Shown here piece after piece: positions 19,023 through 28,044 of a stretch of 32,000 nt of DNA (the first letter of the stretch is position 1; each line of letters starts with the position of its first letter). The position numbers and the translations under genes are program-made. Source of the stretch: Acholeplasma laidlawii PG-8A. GTDB lineage: Bacteria > Bacillota_I > Bacilli_A > Acholeplasmatales > Acholeplasmataceae. The notes under the pieces are model-generated. The model did not search any database. It had not been told where the DNA came from and saw nothing but the letters and a program-made list of their open reading frames with translations. The DNA is taken from contig NC_010163.1 of NCBI RefSeq assembly GCF_000018785.1, forward strand, positions 690,001 through 722,000, written 5' to 3'.

Positions 19023-19603
19023 TCATTAAAAGTAGGTAAGGTTTTGTTGAAGTTTGCTACCTCATAGGTATCATATTGTGGATTATTACCTACAAACAAG
19101 TTATTTGGAAACATTCTTATATGTTTATTATAAGTAGCAACCGTATCATTATAAGCAAGTATAGCGGTTAAAACTACATTGGTTGATGCATTAAATTCAG
19201 CCAACGCATTTGCATAAAGTGCAGTTGTATTATAACTTGATGGGTTATCTTCTACATAGGATACTAGATTAATAAAGGTGGAATTAATCTCTTGTATAGA
19301 TTCATCAATTGATTCTAAATCATTACTAGCTAGCGCATTAGCAAATGCAGTTCGAGCAGCCATAATAGTATCTAAATACCCTTGAACTGTTGAATTTGCA
19401 CTTTGGATTGTATCAATCATTGCTGCCATTTTATCATATCTTATCGATAAAGTAGCATGTACATCCCCACGTTTTTGGCTCACTTCCACATCATTAGACT
19501 GATATGTATTGTAAGCTGTAATCCAAATACTTGAGATTACAACAATAACTATTGCAACGACTCCAAGTATAATATATAGCTTTTTCACATTATTTTCCCC
19601 CAT
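19019..19603 (-). CDS. LemA family protein
   Basis: N-terminal TM, AYNTYQSNDVEVSQKRGDVHATLSIRYDKM, C-terminal YNKHIRMFPNNLF; overlaps the TPM gene by 4 nt. Confidence 0.75.
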   Translation of the reverse strand: MGENNVKKLYIILGVVAIVIVVISSIWITAYNTYQSNDVEVSQKRGDVHATLSIRYDKMAAMIDTIQSANSTVQGYLDTIMAARTAFANALASNDLESIDESIQEINSTFINLVSYVEDNPSSYNTTALYANALAEFNASTNVVLTAILAYNDTVATYNKHIRMFPNNLFVGNNPQYDTYEVANFNKTLPTFND

Positions 19604-19736
19604 TCATGTGAATTTATATCATAATTATATTGCTAATTAACAACTTCATATTAAAAATTGCTTAAAAATCTCTAAAAATTTTATGAAAAATATTACATTG
19701 CTCAGATTACCTAAAATATGATAAAATATTAAGAGC

Positions 19737-21575
19737 ATGAAAGGTATGAATAATTTGGACAAGAAAACATTAAACGAACGACAAAAGAATATTAGAAACT
19801 TCTCAATTATTGCCCATATTGACCACGGTAAATCAACGTTAGCAGACCGTATTTTAGAAATGACTTCGACTGTAGATAAGAGAAATATGAAAGCTCAACT
19901 TTTAGATAGTATGGATCTAGAGCGTGAACGTGGTATTACAATTAAATTGAACGCTGTTCAATTAACTTATAAAGCAAAAGATGGCAATGAATATATATTA
20001 CATTTAATCGATACTCCAGGGCACGTCGATTTTACCTATGAAGTTTCCAGATCGCTTGCAGCTTGTGAAGGCGCTATTTTAGTTGTAGATGCTGCACAAG
20101 GTATACAAGCACAAACATTAGCAAACGTATATTTAGCTTTAGATAATGATTTAGAAATCATCCCTGTATTAAATAAAATAGATTTACCAAGTGCTGAACC
20201 GGAAAAAGTAAGAAGAGAAATTGAAGAAATCATTGGTATTGATGCATCAGATGCAGTTATTGCCAGTGGCAAATCTGGTCTTGGTGTAATTGATATCTTA
20301 GAACGTATTGTTAGAGATGTTAAGGCACCTGAAGGTGATTCTAATGAACCTTTACAAGCATTAATCTTTGACTCATTTTTTGATATGTATAGAGGGGTCA
20401 TTCCTACAATTAGAGTTGTAAATGGTTCTATCAAAAAAGGTGATTTAATTGAGTTTATGGCTACAAAAGCTCAGTTTGAGGTTGTAGAGGTTGGTGTTTA
20501 CACACCAGAACAAAAACCAGTAGATATATTAGGACCTGGTGATGTAGGTTATATCACAGCGGCAATTAAAACACTAGATGATGTTCGTGTGGGTGACACC
20601 ATCACACATGTAAAGAACCATACAAAAAAAGCACTACCTGGTTATAGAACATTAAATCCTGTTGTATTTTGTGGATTATTCCCAATTGATCCTGATCAAT
20701 ATAGAGATTTAAGAGAAGCACTAGAGAAATTAAAATTAAATGATGCTTCACTCATCTATGAACCAGAAACATCTCAAGCTTTAGGTTTTGGATTTAGAAC
20801 CGGTTTTCTTGGATTACTTCACATGGATATTATCCAAGAACGTATTTCAAGAGAGTTTAACATTGAACTTATAGCAACTGCACCTAGCGTTATTTATGAT
20901 GTATATTTAACAGATGGTAGCAAGTTACTAGTGGATAACCCAAGTTTCTTACCGGATGTTCAAAAAATAGATCGTATTGAAGAACCGATTGTTAAAGCAA
21001 CTATCATGTGTCCTAAAGACTATGTTGGTGCTGTTATGGAAATATGTCAGAAAAAGCGTGGTATCTTTAAAGACATGACTTATGTAGATCAAACAAGAGT
21101 AATGATCACTTATAGAATACCTTTAGCAGAAATTGTATATGATTTCTTTGATAAATTAAAATCAAGTACAAAAGGTTATGCATCATTTGACTACGTTTTA
21201 GATGGTTATATGACATCCAGATTAAGAAAAATGGATATCTTATTAAATGGTGAAGTAGTGGATGCTTTATCTGTAATTGTTCACCATGACTTTGCATACT
21301 CGCGTGGTAAAGCAATTGTTGAAAAATTAAAAACATTAATTCCAAGACAAATGTTTGAAATACCTGTACAAGCTGCATTAGGTGGTAAGATTATTGCTAG
21401 AGAAACAATTAAAGCGATGAGAAAAGACGTTATTGCTAAATGTTACGGTGGTGACGTGTCTCGTAAGAAAAAATTACTAGAAAAACAAAAAGAAGGTAAG
21501 AAGCGTATGAAAACCTTCGGACGAGTGGATATTCCACAAAGTGCCTTCCTAGCAATTTTATCAAACGAAGATTGA
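19737..21575 (+). CDS. lepA: Elongation factor 4 (LepA) GTPase
   Basis: [53 protein letters not shown]-terminal [38 protein letters not shown]. Confidence 0.97.
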   Translation: MKGMNNLDKKTLNERQKNIRNFSIIAHIDHGKSTLADRILEMTSTVDKRNMKAQLLDSMDLERERGITIKLNAVQLTYKAKDGNEYILHLIDTPGHVDFTYEVSRSLAACEGAILVVDAAQGIQAQTLANVYLALDNDLEIIPVLNKIDLPSAEPEKVRREIEEIIGIDASDAVIASGKSGLGVIDILERIVRDVKAPEGDSNEPLQALIFDSFFDMYRGVIPTIRVVNGSIKKGDLIEFMATKAQFEVVEVGVYTPEQKPVDILGPGDVGYITAAIKTLDDVRVGDTITHVKNHTKKALPGYRTLNPVVFCGLFPIDPDQYRDLREALEKLKLNDASLIYEPETSQALGFGFRTGFLGLLHMDIIQERISREFNIELIATAPSVIYDVYLTDGSKLLVDNPSFLPDVQKIDRIEEPIVKATIMCPKDYVGAVMEICQKKRGIFKDMTYVDQTRVMITYRIPLAEIVYDFFDKLKSSTKGYASFDYVLDGYMTSRLRKMDILLNGEVVDALSVIVHHDFAYSRGKAIVEKLKTLIPRQMFEIPVQAALGGKIIARETIKAMRKDVIAKCYGGDVSRKKKLLEKQKEGKKRMKTFGRVDIPQSAFLAILSNED

Positions 21576-21595
21576 TAACACATATACTATAAAGT

Positions 21596-21623
21596 AAACA
21601 GGTGAAATACACCTGTTTTTTTA
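21596..21623 (+). terminator. lepA terminator
   Basis: AAACAGGTG / CACCTGTTT perfect inverted repeat plus T run. Confidence 0.85.
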
Positions 21624-21679
21624 TAGGCTATGAAAGGTGTTAAAATTAACATAAAATCACAAACTACAAACTATTTATC

Positions 21680-21708
21680 TTGACATGAATGCGCTTACAT
21701 GGTATCAT
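21680..21708 (+). promoter_or_regulatory. Consensus-like promoter
   Basis: TTGACA (21680-21685), 17-nt spacer, TATCAT (21703-21708). Confidence 0.6.
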
Positions 21709-21746
21709 ATGAATGTAGGATAAATCTATGTTCGTGAGGGAATTAA

Positions 21747-21839
21747 ATGAAAATGAAATATACATTTCAAGTACATATTAATTCAATTGGTACGCGTCAA
21801 TTAATTGACAGATTTTTTAATAAAATTAAACTAGGGTAG
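21747..21839 (+). CDS. Putative 30-aa small protein (or sRNA gene body), not in ORF track
   Basis: MKMKYTFQVHINSIGTRQLIDRFFNKIKLG*; SD-like GAGGG upstream; lies between a consensus promoter and a terminator. Confidence 0.4.
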   Translation: MKMKYTFQVHINSIGTRQLIDRFFNKIKLG

Positions 21840-21867
21840 GAATATTATATATTCATACCTTTTTTTA
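21835..21867 (+). terminator. Terminator following the 30-aa ORF
   Basis: GGTA-g-GAATAT-tat-ATATTC-a-TACC followed by a run of T. Confidence 0.7.
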
Positions 21868-21885
21868 TGACTTAGGAGGATAATT

Positions 21886-22050
21886 ATGAACACAATGCTT
21901 TATATGAATAACAAGAATCCATATGTAAAATATAGATCTGTTAATCCGGATACTGGTGATGTTAAGGTATCAACAGAAGTTTATGATAAAGTCAATGATG
22001 AGATACTAGAAAACATCCTACACCAAACAACTCATAAAAAAAAGAAATAA
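21886..22050 (+). CDS. Putative 54-aa small protein, not in ORF track
   Basis: MNTMLYMNNKNPYVKYRSVNPDTGDVKVSTEVYDKVNDEILENILHQTTHKKKK*; strong SD (TTAGGAGGATAATTATG); followed by a terminator. Confidence 0.6.
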   Translation: MNTMLYMNNKNPYVKYRSVNPDTGDVKVSTEVYDKVNDEILENILHQTTHKKKK

Positions 22051-22089
22051 TTCCTTTATAGGATAAAAAAATTCTTTTCTCTCTCTTAT

Positions 22090-22127
22090 AAAGAGGTATC
22101 TATTCAGGCTAGATACCTCTTTATTTT
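22090..22127 (+). terminator. Rho-independent terminator
   Basis: AAAGAGGTATCTA / TAGATACCTCTTT perfect 13-bp inverted repeat, 7-nt loop, followed by ATTTT. Confidence 0.85.
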
Positions 22128-22159
22128 GATATAATAGTAATAGAAGGTAGGTTTTTACT

Positions 22160-23251
22160 ATGAAGGGTTTATATATCCATATACCATTTTGCGAGTACAT
22201 CTGTCACTATTGTGATTTTGTTAAAAGAGTCCCTAAAAATCAAAATATGATAGATCAATATTTAATTAAATTAAGAGAAGAAATCATGACTTATGAGAGT
22301 CATTTTGATTCTATAGAGACAATCTTTGTTGGTGGAGGAACACCTTCCATGTTAACTGTAGATCAATTAACCTACCTGTTTGACTCGCTTGTAAGAATTA
22401 AACCAGTAGAATTTTCAATTGAACTTAATCCAGAAAGCTACACACATGAAAAAGGTTTAGTATTTAAAAAATATGGCATTAATCGTATATCCATGGGTGT
22501 CCAGAGTTTTGATGATAAAATACTAGCTTATTTAAATAGAGGTCATAAGACAGAACAAGTGTTTTCTATCATAAAAGACTTAAAAGACCTAGGCATCCCT
22601 TATATTTCTATTGACTTAATATTTGCAATACCGGGACAAACCCTAGATCATATTAAGTATGATTTAGAGCAGTTCTTAAAATTGGATATCACACATATTT
22701 CTTATTACTCTCTAATATTAGAAGATAAGACCTATTTTTATCATCAGTATTTAAAAGGTAACTTCAAACCGATGGATGAAGATAATGAAGCTATTATGTA
22801 TGAGTATGTCATGAATTTTTTAACAAATCATGGTTATGATCAATATGAAATAAGCAACTATGCAAAAAATAATCATTATTCACTACACAATAATATCTAT
22901 TGGACATTAGGTGAATATATTGGTGTAGGATTAGGGGCACATGGGTTTATTGATAATTATAGAACATACAATGAACGCGGAATGGGTCAATATATGGATC
23001 ATTTCTTAAAGGAAAAAACACTTCAAACTGAGGATTTAAAACTACAAGATGAACTTATATTTGGCTTAAGATTAACTAAGGGTGTATACATTCCTAGACT
23101 AGAACAAAAATATAAAATAAAATTAACTGAAAAATACCCCCAAATTCATGATAAAATAAAACTAGGATTACTTGAAATTAAAGATGACTATATACGTCTA
23201 ACTAAGGAAGGTACAATGCTTGGTAATCAAGTATTTATGATATTTGTATGA
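22160..23251 (+). CDS. hemW: Radical SAM HemW-type protein (oxygen-independent coproporphyrinogen III oxidase family)
   Basis: YIHIPFCEYICHYCDF (CxxxCxxC), TIFVGGGTPSML, GINRISMGVQSF, GLGAHGFI. Confidence 0.88.
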   Translation: MKGLYIHIPFCEYICHYCDFVKRVPKNQNMIDQYLIKLREEIMTYESHFDSIETIFVGGGTPSMLTVDQLTYLFDSLVRIKPVEFSIELNPESYTHEKGLVFKKYGINRISMGVQSFDDKILAYLNRGHKTEQVFSIIKDLKDLGIPYISIDLIFAIPGQTLDHIKYDLEQFLKLDITHISYYSLILEDKTYFYHQYLKGNFKPMDEDNEAIMYEYVMNFLTNHGYDQYEISNYAKNNHYSLHNNIYWTLGEYIGVGLGAHGFIDNYRTYNERGMGQYMDHFLKEKTLQTEDLKLQDELIFGLRLTKGVYIPRLEQKYKIKLTEKYPQIHDKIKLGLLEIKDDYIRLTKEGTMLGNQVFMIFV

Positions 23252-24153
23252 CCTATTTAATCAAAGATTTTTCTTATTATTTGAATAATGAATTGGGTTT
23301 ATCCAAGAATACCATTGATGCATATATGAGAGATTTAAAGGACTATGAATCTTTCTTAGATAAATATCATAAATTAAAAGATGTAGATAACATTCAATCA
23401 AAGCACATTGAAGGTTATCTTAAAAGTATTAAGAAAAAGGGATTATCTGCTAAAACGATATCTAGAAAACTCACCTCAATTAAATCATTTCATAAGTTTT
23501 TACTGATGGAAAAAGAAGTGGATGAAGATGTTACGCATAAAATTGCTAGACCTAAAATAGAAAAAACTTTACCTACAGTATTAAGTGTAGATGAGGTAAT
23601 TAGTATATTAGAAGTCATAGATAAGTCCACGACATTGGGTTTAAGAAATATGGCATTGCTAGAACTTATATACGGTTCTGGACTGCGTGTTTCTGAATTA
23701 CTTAATATAAAATTAAAGGATATCCATATGCAACAAAGCTATGTTATTGTCACTGGTAAAGGGTCAAAAGAACGTATGGTACCTATATCGGATATGGCAA
23801 TTATAGCAATTAGAAATTATTTAGTTAAGGCTAGAGATGATTTGATTAAGGAAAAAACAGATTATTTATTTATTAATAATCAAGGTAAAACACTTTCACG
23901 TGTAGGCTTTTTTAAAGTCTTAAAAAAGCTTGCAAGCGAAGCAAATTTAGACCCTGAAAAAGTGTCACCACATACCTTAAGGCATTCATTTGCAACACAC
24001 CTTTTAGAGAATGGAATGGATTTAAGAAGTCTTCAAAACCTACTTGGCCATGAAGATATATCGACTACACAAATCTATACACACATCTCACAATCAAGAT
24101 TAAAACAAGTTTATAACAAAACTCATCCAAGAGCAAAGGAGAATAACAAATGA
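23248..24153 (+). CDS. xerD: Tyrosine recombinase XerC/XerD family, probable chromosome dimer resolution
   Basis: 301 aa; SAM-like N-terminal domain; [10 protein letters not shown] (Arg), [28 protein letters not shown] (HxxR), [15 protein letters not shown] (Tyr). Overlaps hemW by 4 nt. Confidence 0.92.
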
Positions 24154-25343
24154 GATTTAAAAGAGTATTTTTAATCGTCATGGACTCTTTAGGAGTCGGT
24201 GCATCAGAAGATGCAAATCAATATTTTAATGAAGGGGTAGACGATACAAAAGCAAATACGTTTGGTCATATTGCAGAAAGTATGGATCTTAGAATACCTA
24301 ATTTAGAGAAGCTTGGTGTAGGTAATATCATACCTATAAAAGGTACTAAATCAGTTGAATTATCCTCATCTTATGTAACAAAAATTCGTGAAAAATCACT
24401 AGGAAAAGATACGATGACAGGTCATTGGGAAATCATGGGCTTGTATGTTACAACACCATTTCAAACCTTTACAGACACTGGTTTTCCAAAAGAATTACTA
24501 GATGAATTAGAAGAAAGAACCGGACGTAAAATCATCGGTAATATCGCAGCAAGTGGTACTGAAATATTAAAGGATTTAGGTGAAGAACACATGAGGACTG
24601 GAGACTTAATTGTCTACACATCCGCAGACAGTGTACTTCAAATTGCGATGCATGAAGAGATCATTCCTATTGAAGAACAATACAGAATTTCTGCAATTGC
24701 ACGTGACATTACAATGAGACCAGACTGGAAAGTTGGACGTGTAATTACAAGACCATTCTTAGGTACAAATAAGGACAACTTTAAGCGCACAAGTAATAGA
24801 AAAGATTATGCATTAAAACCAAGTGAAGAGACAACTTTAAACTTCCTAAGTGATGCTAATTATGATGTCATCGCACTAGGTAAAATCAATGATATTTTTG
24901 ATGGTTACGGTATCAATAAATACAGTAAAACAGTATCGAATGATGATGGTATGAAACAGATTACAGAGTGGGCTAAAAAAGATTTTACAGGATTATGTTT
25001 CTTAAATCTAGTAGACTTTGATGCACTCTACGGACACCGCAGAGACCCTCATGGATATGGTAAAGCAATCATGGATATGGATAGTCAATTACCTGAATTA
25101 ATGGCTAATTTAAATGAAGATGATTTACTCATTTTAACAGCTGATCATGGTAATGATCCAACCTATGTTGGTACCGATCATACAAGAGAATTTGTACCAA
25201 TGATAGCTTATAGCAAGTCATTTAAATCAGGTGGTAGCCTACCAATACTTAATACATTTGCCGATTTAGGAAGTACAATTTCTGATAACTTTAAAGTCAA
25301 AAAAACAGAGCATGGTGACAGTTTCTTAAGTAAATTAAAATAA
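24150..25343 (+). CDS. deoB: Phosphopentomutase
   Basis: [70 protein letters not shown]. Confidence 0.96.
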
Positions 25344-25366
25344 ATCAATGTTTACTAAATATAAAC

Positions 25367-25398
25367 AAGGTGTAGAAATACTGCACCTTTTTATTTTG
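25367..25398 (+). terminator. deoB terminator
   Basis: AAGGTGTAG / CTGCACCTT (one wobble), 5-nt loop, then a T-rich tract. Confidence 0.8.
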
Positions 25399-25773
25399 CA
25401 ATAATATGACGAATAAAGTCTGAATGATGTATATAAATATTTTGATAAAATACACTGTGAAACTAGATTTAATATGCTCAACTAAAACACCTAAACAGGA
25501 AAAAGTATACACAAAATTTAACCTTGTTTAAAGGTGGTAAAATCAGCCTAAAAACAAACATACATGAAGCATTGTTGATGATAAAAACGAACGAACAATG
25601 GACTCAATAAGGCCGATTAAAATAGAGAAAATGATGTAAAACGTGTCTAAACTAATAGCAGTTTGAGATGCATGATTATACGTAAAAGTAAAACTCGATT
25701 GCTTAAAATGCGCCTATAAAATTAAACGAAAACTAAATGTTATGAAAAAACAAATTTTAAAATTTCAAAAAAC

Positions 25774-25818
25774 CTATGTTTACTATTTAATGACTCAGTA
25801 TATATTTAGTAAACATAG
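25774..25818. repeat. Inverted repeat, 12 bp arms
   Basis: CTATGTTTACTA (25774-25785) / TAGTAAACATAG (25807-25818), perfect. Confidence 0.85.
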
Positions 25819-26560
25819 AATATTTCATGAGGAAACATAAAAAAGAGAAATTTCAGATATGTAGAAGTATTTCAGTAATTTAGTAATTTCCAAAGTAAAG
25901 TTTTAAGTGATCATTTTTATCGACGTAACATGATAGTTATAATTGTTAAAAAGCAAATGCGAAAAAATATAAGCCTTGATATTTCATACTAAGATGATCA
26001 GTTGAAGAGATTTTTAAAAGTATGATTCGATAAATTTATTAGCAGTTCACTATTTAAGTGAGATGAAATTAAACCAATCTTAAGAGTATAATTAATAGCC
26101 TTTATACAATCACACAATGATAATTATAAAACGTAAGTTTACCAAATATAAACAATGTTTAGCGATGTAGTTACGTCGTAAGTGTAAATATTCTGTGTTA
26201 CACATTGATTGGTTGATTGGTAGTTGTAGCTGAAGACCCTTTAACAATGAGTGCATAAAGATGGTAAATGGGTATTGAATTGATAGCGATTGAGATGGAT
26301 ATACATCAGTTAATTAAGTACTCAAACGCTCAAAAATAACCAAACGTTTTTAGTTATTAGTATTGTTATTTACATCAAAATTGAAAGGTTTTGAGTCTCT
26401 GAAGCACCACTAGAGAGATTCGTTCAATATCATCATCTATAACGACGATTTTTAATAGATAAGACGTAACCCGGTTACGGAAGCACTAAATACAAGCAAT
26501 TAATAATTACAACATATCCACACTAACCTTGTTGTCCGCACAGTAAGGCTCACATTAAGT

Positions 26561-26588
26561 GGTTAACATAATATACATTATAGGCACT
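26561..26588 (-). other. dif: Candidate dif site (XerC/XerD recombination site)
   Basis: Minus-strand sequence AGTGCCTATAATGTATATTATGTTAACC matches E. coli dif GGTGCGCATAATGTATATTATGTTAAAT at 23 of 28 positions, including a continuous 19-nt run ATAATGTATATTATGTTAA spanning the 6-bp spacer and most of the XerD arm. Confidence 0.85.
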
Positions 26589-26945
26589 AATTAATAAATA
26601 AAATAGTGTGGTTCTATCTTTTAAATGGGTATATTAATATATAAATGAGTATGATTAAATCTATAATATACCTATTAATTTACATATAAATATAATCATA
26701 ATATATATATGAGTATAAATAACGTTTTGAAAGTAAGTTTGATAGCATTTCATGTTACTTACGTTGACTAATTATATGTCTCACTCGCTATTAGGCTTAA
26801 AACACGTGATATCATGTTTTTACATGTATCAGATGCTGACGGACTACTACTACTCTTATGATGCTATGTGTGTCATTTATTATCAACTTTGAGAAGTGGT
26901 TAAATCTCATCCATCGATCAAGAGACGGTTGTCCACATCAGACGA

Positions 26946-26988
26946 AAGTAAAGGAGATGAGAAATATCTCTTCCCATCTCCTTTACTT
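26946..26988. repeat. Strong hairpin, 14 bp arms
   Basis: AAGTAAAGGAGATG (26946-26959) / CATCTCCTTTACTT (26975-26988), perfect, 15-nt loop, no adjacent U tract. Confidence 0.85.
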
Positions 26989-27097
26989 AATTTGAATACG
27001 TAACCAGGATCACTTCTTATGCTAAACATATATCCTGGGCGTTTAACTTAAATAAACATTAGTCTATATTTTAAGTTTAATAAAAGTATACTGAATA

Positions 27098-27142
27098 ATT
27101 ATTTACTAAACATTAAGAATTTTGTTAAGTTTAGTAAATAAT
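27098..27142. repeat. Inverted repeat, 14 bp arms
   Basis: ATTATTTACTAAAC (27098-27111) / GTTTAGTAAATAAT (27129-27142), perfect. Confidence 0.85.
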
Positions 27143-27190
27143 GTCCTAGTTTATAATTGGTAAACATTGATTTTTTACTAGTAAATAAAA

Positions 27191-27210
27191 AAAGTGCTTC
27201 TCAGCACTTT
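27191..27210 (-). terminator. Terminator of the yneF-like gene
   Basis: AAAGTGCT / AGCACTTT with 4-nt loop; A tract to the left gives a U tract on the minus-strand transcript. Confidence 0.8.
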
Positions 27211-27214
27211 ATTT

Positions 27215-27466
27215 TTACTTAGTATTTTGTTTCATAGATGCTAGAACTTGTCTAACTTGTTTTTCAGAAGGAGTTCTTCCCATTTGTCTAAACATCTCTC
27301 TAATCGATCTTTCATCCATTGGTGGATTCTTTTCTAAATACTTTTTGAACCAAGCTCTGGCGATAAAAAATCCTGCAACAGCACCAATTAGTAATGCACC
27401 AACTGCGATTGCTATAACCCAATACCATTCCATTAGCGACAACTCCTTTCGTAAGTACATATTCAT
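27215..27466 (-). CDS. UPF0154 family small membrane protein (YneF-like)
   Basis: AGFFIARAWFKKYLEKNPPMDERSIREMFRQMGRTPSEKQVRQVLASM. Confidence 0.85.
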   Translation of the reverse strand: MNMYLRKELSLMEWYWVIAIAVGALLIGAVAGFFIARAWFKKYLEKNPPMDERSIREMFRQMGRTPSEKQVRQVLASMKQNTK

Positions 27467-27495
27467 TTTACTTTATTTCATTATAAATTACAATG

Positions 27496-28044
27496 TTAAT
27501 GTTTACTTAATATTAATATCTTTTTACTGCCGTATACTTTTTCTTTTAAGATAGTGTATGCTTTGATTTGTTCTAAATCTAGAGTTCTACTTTTATCCAT
27601 TTCTAACACGAGTAATGCATCATCATTTAAGTAAGGTATTAGTTGGTTAGAAATGGATTCATAGATGTCTAATTTATAGGGTGGATCTAAGAAAACAATA
27701 TCTAATTTATCTTTTAATTCTGACAGTTTTTTTAAGGCTATATTATAATCATGTTTCCATAGTATGACTCTATCTATTACGCCTAGATTTGCTATATTTT
27801 CATTCAAGGTGTTAATAGCAATTTGTTTAACATCATTAAACACTACATACTTAGCACCTCTAGAAATTGATTCTAATCCATAACTACCTGATCCAGCAAA
27901 TAAGTCTAATATGACAGCGTCTTTAATTGATTCACCGAGACTATTAAAGACTGCGCCCCTTACTTTGTCAGATGTCTCTCTGGTATCATTTGAGGGGACC
28001 ATTTTTAATAATCTACTTTTAAATTCTCCAGAGATAATACGCAT
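27496..28044 (-). CDS. rsmD: 16S rRNA (guanine(966)-N(2))-methyltransferase RsmD
   Basis: MRIISGEFKSRLL, TRETSDKVRGAVFNSLG, VLDLFAGSGSYGLESISRGA, IVFLDPPYK. Confidence 0.92.
   Translation of the reverse strand: MRIISGEFKSRLLKMVPSNDTRETSDKVRGAVFNSLGESIKDAVILDLFAGSGSYGLESISRGAKYVVFNDVKQIAINTLNENIANLGVIDRVILWKHDYNIALKKLSELKDKLDIVFLDPPYKLDIYESISNQLIPYLNDDALLVLEMDKSRTLDLEQIKAYTILKEKVYGSKKILILSKH

Larger units (their letters stand above)
25399..27186. other. Long AT-rich intergenic region rich in inverted repeats; candidate replication-terminus region
   Basis: No ORF of 60 aa or more in the track for ~1.8 kb, against dense coding elsewhere; holds the dif-like site, several perfect inverted repeats and repeated TTTACTA/TAGTAAA motifs. 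Confidence 0.7.

Noticed and set aside
18213-19603. The TPM + LemA pair as a novel two-gene system.
   Set aside because: TPM-domain and LemA proteins are frequently adjacent in bacteria; the association is known even if function is poorly understood.
22018-22200. Minus-strand 60-aa ORF at 22018-22200.
   Set aside because: It overlaps the terminator, the 3' end of the small ORF at 21886-22050 and the start of hemW; low-complexity composition and no SD evidence.
23248-24153. The tyrosine recombinase gene as an integrase marking an integrated mobile element.
   Set aside because: It is XerC/D-like in length and motifs, overlaps hemW and deoB in a housekeeping operon, and there is no tRNA, att repeat or phage/ICE cargo nearby.
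25399-27186. The long AT-rich gap as a replication origin (oriC).
   Set aside because: DnaA-box-like 9-mers are few and imperfect, no dnaA/dnaN/rpmH genes are adjacent, and the strong dif match plus gene convergence point to the terminus.
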